Of a stretch of 64,000 nt of DNA, positions 61,318-64,000 are shown in pieces; the first letter of the stretch is position 1, and every line of letters begins with the position of its first letter. The DNA comes from Blastocatellia bacterium (GTDB lineage: Bacteria; Acidobacteriota; Blastocatellia; UBA7656). The position numbers were made by a program, and so were the translations under genes. The DNA lies in contig DATIFP010000214.1 of the NCBI GenBank assembly GCA_035455165.1, positions 2,571-66,570 on the forward strand, given 5' to 3'. Below the pieces are notes generated by a model that saw only the letters and a program-made list of their open reading frames with translations, was not told the origin of the DNA and made no database searches.

Positions 61318-61575
61318 CTCCTCATTCGAAATCGCCAGTTGATTTCACGGTATAAACTTTGAGCACGCAAGTCAACAACCTGGGAGCGCGGAACCTGGGA
61401 GGGCAGGCGTCCCGCCTGCTTGATCCCAAATCCCTTACAAGGGCCGTCCATAATCCCACCCCGGTTGAAACAAGCAGAGGCCTGCGCTCCCAGGTTCTAT
61501 CCCGGTCAGATTGTATTGGCATGTTGGATTGTGTTAGAAACTAACCACACGCAACATCAGACGGGGACAAGGAAC

Positions 61576-62130
61576 ATGCGCAGAAGGTTTGTGCCGGTCG
61601 CACTCTTCATCCTTCTTTTTGTTCTTGCGGCTACAGCGCAGACGCAGACGCCGCCTCGTCCTATGCCGAGGCCTGACGACCCGAAGATCGTAGACAGGAC
61701 AAAAGATGACAAGGACGGTCCTCATCTCCCCGACGAGATGCTCAAGAAGATGGAGATAGCGCGCGCAGAGATCGAGTACAAAAAGGTGCTCGATGATGTC
61801 GACAAGCTGAACAACCTGTCTAACGAATTAGCCAAAGGCTACACAGAGCGAAAAAACCTATCAGCTGAAGATGTGAAAAAGCTTGGTACGATTGAAAAGC
61901 TCGCCAAGCGCGTGCAGGGCTACGCCGGCGGTGACGAGTTCAGCGATAAAGAGAGTCCCGCCGAGCCGGTCACGCTCGCCGAAGCGATCGAGAAGCTGAA
62001 CACGAATGCTGCCGATATCAAGAAGGACATGAAAGCTGAGACTCGGTTCGTAGTTTCGGCCAGCGTCATCGCCAAATCCAACGAGATGATTCACCTGGCC
62101 CGCTTCATCCGGCGCTCGCAAAAAAACTGA
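61576..62130 (+). CDS. Secreted Lys/Glu-rich hypothetical protein
   Basis: Start at MRRRFVPVALFILLFVLAATAQ (ATG 61576). Predicted signal peptide, then a helical charged region. Confidence 0.6.
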   Translation: MRRRFVPVALFILLFVLAATAQTQTPPRPMPRPDDPKIVDRTKDDKDGPHLPDEMLKKMEIARAEIEYKKVLDDVDKLNNLSNELAKGYTERKNLSAEDVKKLGTIEKLAKRVQGYAGGDEFSDKESPAEPVTLAEAIEKLNTNAADIKKDMKAETRFVVSASVIAKSNEMIHLARFIRRSQKN

Positions 62131-63137
62131 TGTTCAAGATCACGCGAGACGACCCTCTCCGCACTCAATACAGAACTCGAAGGTTGTCCTCCATCGGCAT
62201 CGCGGGCGTGCTCGGGCTGCTGATTGCCGTGCCGGCTCTTTCAGCGGGCGGCCAGAACAAGAAGCCAAAGCAGGAGCAGCAACAGCAGAGCGAAGACGAC
62301 GCTGTTCGTCTGCATTCGGATCTGGTTGTTGTGAACCTGATCGTGACCGACGCGAAGGGCCAATACGCTCACGGGCTCCGCGAAAAAGACTTCACCATTT
62401 TTGAAGACGATCGGGCGCAACCGATCAATACGTTCTTCTCGGAGGAGGCCCCGTTCGCCGCCGCGATACTGATCGACACCAGTGGAAGCATGGATTACAA
62501 GTTCGGTCTCGCGCGCGCGGCGGCTGCTTCGTTCGTGGACCACATTCGGGAAAACGATCAGGTGGCCGTCTACGGCTTCAACAACGAGATTAAACTCTTC
62601 CAGGATTTTTCGGACCTGCACGACATCTCGGAGTACATCTGGGATGCCAAGGCTGAAAATATGACTCGCATGTACGACTGCCTGTTCGAGGCGCTGACTG
62701 CTCTGGACAAGCGATCCGAAAAACGTAAGGCGATTCTGGTGATCTCAGACGGCTGGGACACCACGAGTGCCAAGGCAACCTTTGGGTCGGTGATGAAAAA
62801 AGCCTTAGCCGACGGAGTGACGATTTACTCGGTTGATCTGATCGACGACAGCACGCGGCTTGGGAGCAGCAGTTGGTCGGTCGAACTCCGGCGCGGAATG
62901 GCCGAGTTGCGAGAGCTCGCCGCGCAGACGGGCGGGCGCTACATTCACTCGCCTCAGGGCGACAAGCTCGAAGAAGAATTCACGAACGTCGTCGATGAGC
63001 TGAGGAACCAGTACACCGTCACTTATTACTCCACCAATTCAAAGCGGGACGGGCGTTGGCGCAAGCTCGGCGTCGGAGTCTCGCGTCAGGGACTCACGAC
63101 TCGCACCCGCAAAGGCTACTGGGCGCCTAAGGGATGA
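62130..63137 (+). CDS. von Willebrand factor type A (VWA) domain protein
   Basis: ATG overlaps the upstream stop (CTGATG). MIDAS-like motif ILIDTSGSM. N-terminal TM/signal segment. Confidence 0.8.
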   Translation: MFKITRDDPLRTQYRTRRLSSIGIAGVLGLLIAVPALSAGGQNKKPKQEQQQQSEDDAVRLHSDLVVVNLIVTDAKGQYAHGLREKDFTIFEDDRAQPINTFFSEEAPFAAAILIDTSGSMDYKFGLARAAAASFVDHIRENDQVAVYGFNNEIKLFQDFSDLHDISEYIWDAKAENMTRMYDCLFEALTALDKRSEKRKAILVISDGWDTTSAKATFGSVMKKALADGVTIYSVDLIDDSTRLGSSSWSVELRRGMAELRELAAQTGGRYIHSPQGDKLEEEFTNVVDELRNQYTVTYYSTNSKRDGRWRKLGVGVSRQGLTTRTRKGYWAPKG

Positions 63138-63295
63138 GTGATTCAACAAACAGGGTCCCAGGAGTTGAAGAGAGGCACGTATGGATCGCTTGAAGATCTA
63201 AGATCGCGTCACACGGAGCTTAACAATCCGCACTAATACGGTAGAGAATGATGAAGCAGGCTGACGAACGCGCATCCGTGAACAATGGAGCAAGA

Positions 63296-64000
63296 ATGAG
63301 GCGACGCACAACCAAGCCGTATAGAGTCACCCACATATATCTAGAGAATTGGCGGAATTTTGCCAGGGTTGAAGTCGACCTGCAGCGCCGCGTGTTCATT
63401 GTGGGGCCGAACGCTTCTGGAAAGTCAAACCTTCTCGATGTATTACGGTTTCTCCACGACGTAGTCGCAGTTGGTGGTGGGTTTCAAAGTGCGGTGAGGC
63501 GCCGAGGTGGTGTGTCGAGGCTTCGTTGTTTGGCCGCCCGTCGTCATCCAGACGTCGTAGTAAGCGCCCGGATTGGCGATGACGAGAATCCCTCGGCTTG
63601 GGAGTACGAACTTCGATTGAATCAGGACAACCTTCGTCGGCCTATTATCAAGAGAGAGAGAGTTGCACAGGATGGTCGTGAGATTCTAGTACGCCCAGAC
63701 CAGAAGGACCAAGAAGATCCCGAGCGCTTAACTCAGACATTCTTGGAACAGGTCAACACAAACCAGGCCTTTCGAGTTGTTGCGGAGTTCTTCGAATCCG
63801 TACGTTATCTTCACATCGTTCCACAACTTGTGCGGGAACCGGATCGCTCCGTAGGTCGACGAAACGACCCTTTTGGTGGCGATTTCCTCGAGCAGATCGC
63901 GCGCACACCAGAGAAAACGCAGGCCGCACGCTTACGGCGTATTAGAGAGGGCCTGAGCGTCGCGGTACCACAACTTAAGGAACTGGAGCTGTGGCGTGAC
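63296..64000 (+). CDS. AAA/ABC-type ATPase of the OLD/RecF-like (AAA_15/AAA_21) class, 5' partial (runs off the window end)
   Basis: My own translation from ATG 63296 (GGAG 7 nt upstream) gives MRRRTTKPYRVTHIYLENWRNFARVEVDLQRRVFIVGPNASGKSNLLDVLRFL..., a Walker A (GPNASGKS) in the N-terminal context typical of OLD-family defence ATPases. No stop before 64000. Confidence 0.7.
   Translation, partial: MRRRTTKPYRVTHIYLENWRNFARVEVDLQRRVFIVGPNASGKSNLLDVLRFLHDVVAVGGGFQSAVRRRGGVSRLRCLAARRHPDVVVSARIGDDENPSAWEYELRLNQDNLRRPIIKRERVAQDGREILVRPDQKDQEDPERLTQTFLEQVNTNQAFRVVAEFFESVRYLHIVPQLVREPDRSVGRRNDPFGGDFLEQIARTPEKTQAARLRRIREGLSVAVPQLKELELWRD

Overview
This is a high-GC (~62%) bacterial chromosomal window; the gene content (many ECF sigma factors, CHAT/TPR proteins, F420-dependent enzymes, DUF1579) suggests Acidobacteriota or Gemmatimonadota, but this is not proven. 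Coding density is high and genes sit mostly in same-strand blocks. Recognisable housekeeping genes include uvrC, recN, a gmhB-like HAD phosphatase, comEC, pyrG, kdsB, hemB, rpsA, sppA, mtnB and mtnD, a cofG-like radical-SAM gene with three F420-dependent oxidoreductases, tRNA-Lys(UUU) and tRNA-Glu(UUC), an ABC exporter pair, and a DinB_2/ATL/thioesterase operon. The candidates most worth a second look are: (1) a ~2 kb low-GC three-gene island (24.7-26.7 kb) between an Hc1-like histone gene and recN, whose first gene recalls the uncharacterised TIGR04255 family; (2) an ECF sigma / anti-sigma / TPR-CHAT caspase-like protease / S8 subtilase operon (30.5-37.4 kb) with coupled protease genes and no visible substrate gene; (3) a retropepsin-like aspartic protease wedged between two ABC exporter genes; (4) in-frame (AAG)n poly-lysine tracts in two giant secreted metalloproteases that carry repeated Ig-like domains; (5) several hairpin-forming repeat elements in intergenic or leader regions (one hairpin spans the gmhB-like start) and two ORF-free stretches that could hold ncRNAs; and (6) a truncated AAA/OLD-type ATPase gene starting in a low-GC junction at the window end. 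No CRISPR array, rRNA or obvious transposase was seen. Several ORFs from the track begin with GTG or TTG; I moved starts where an in-frame ATG with a Shine-Dalgarno sequence was visible.
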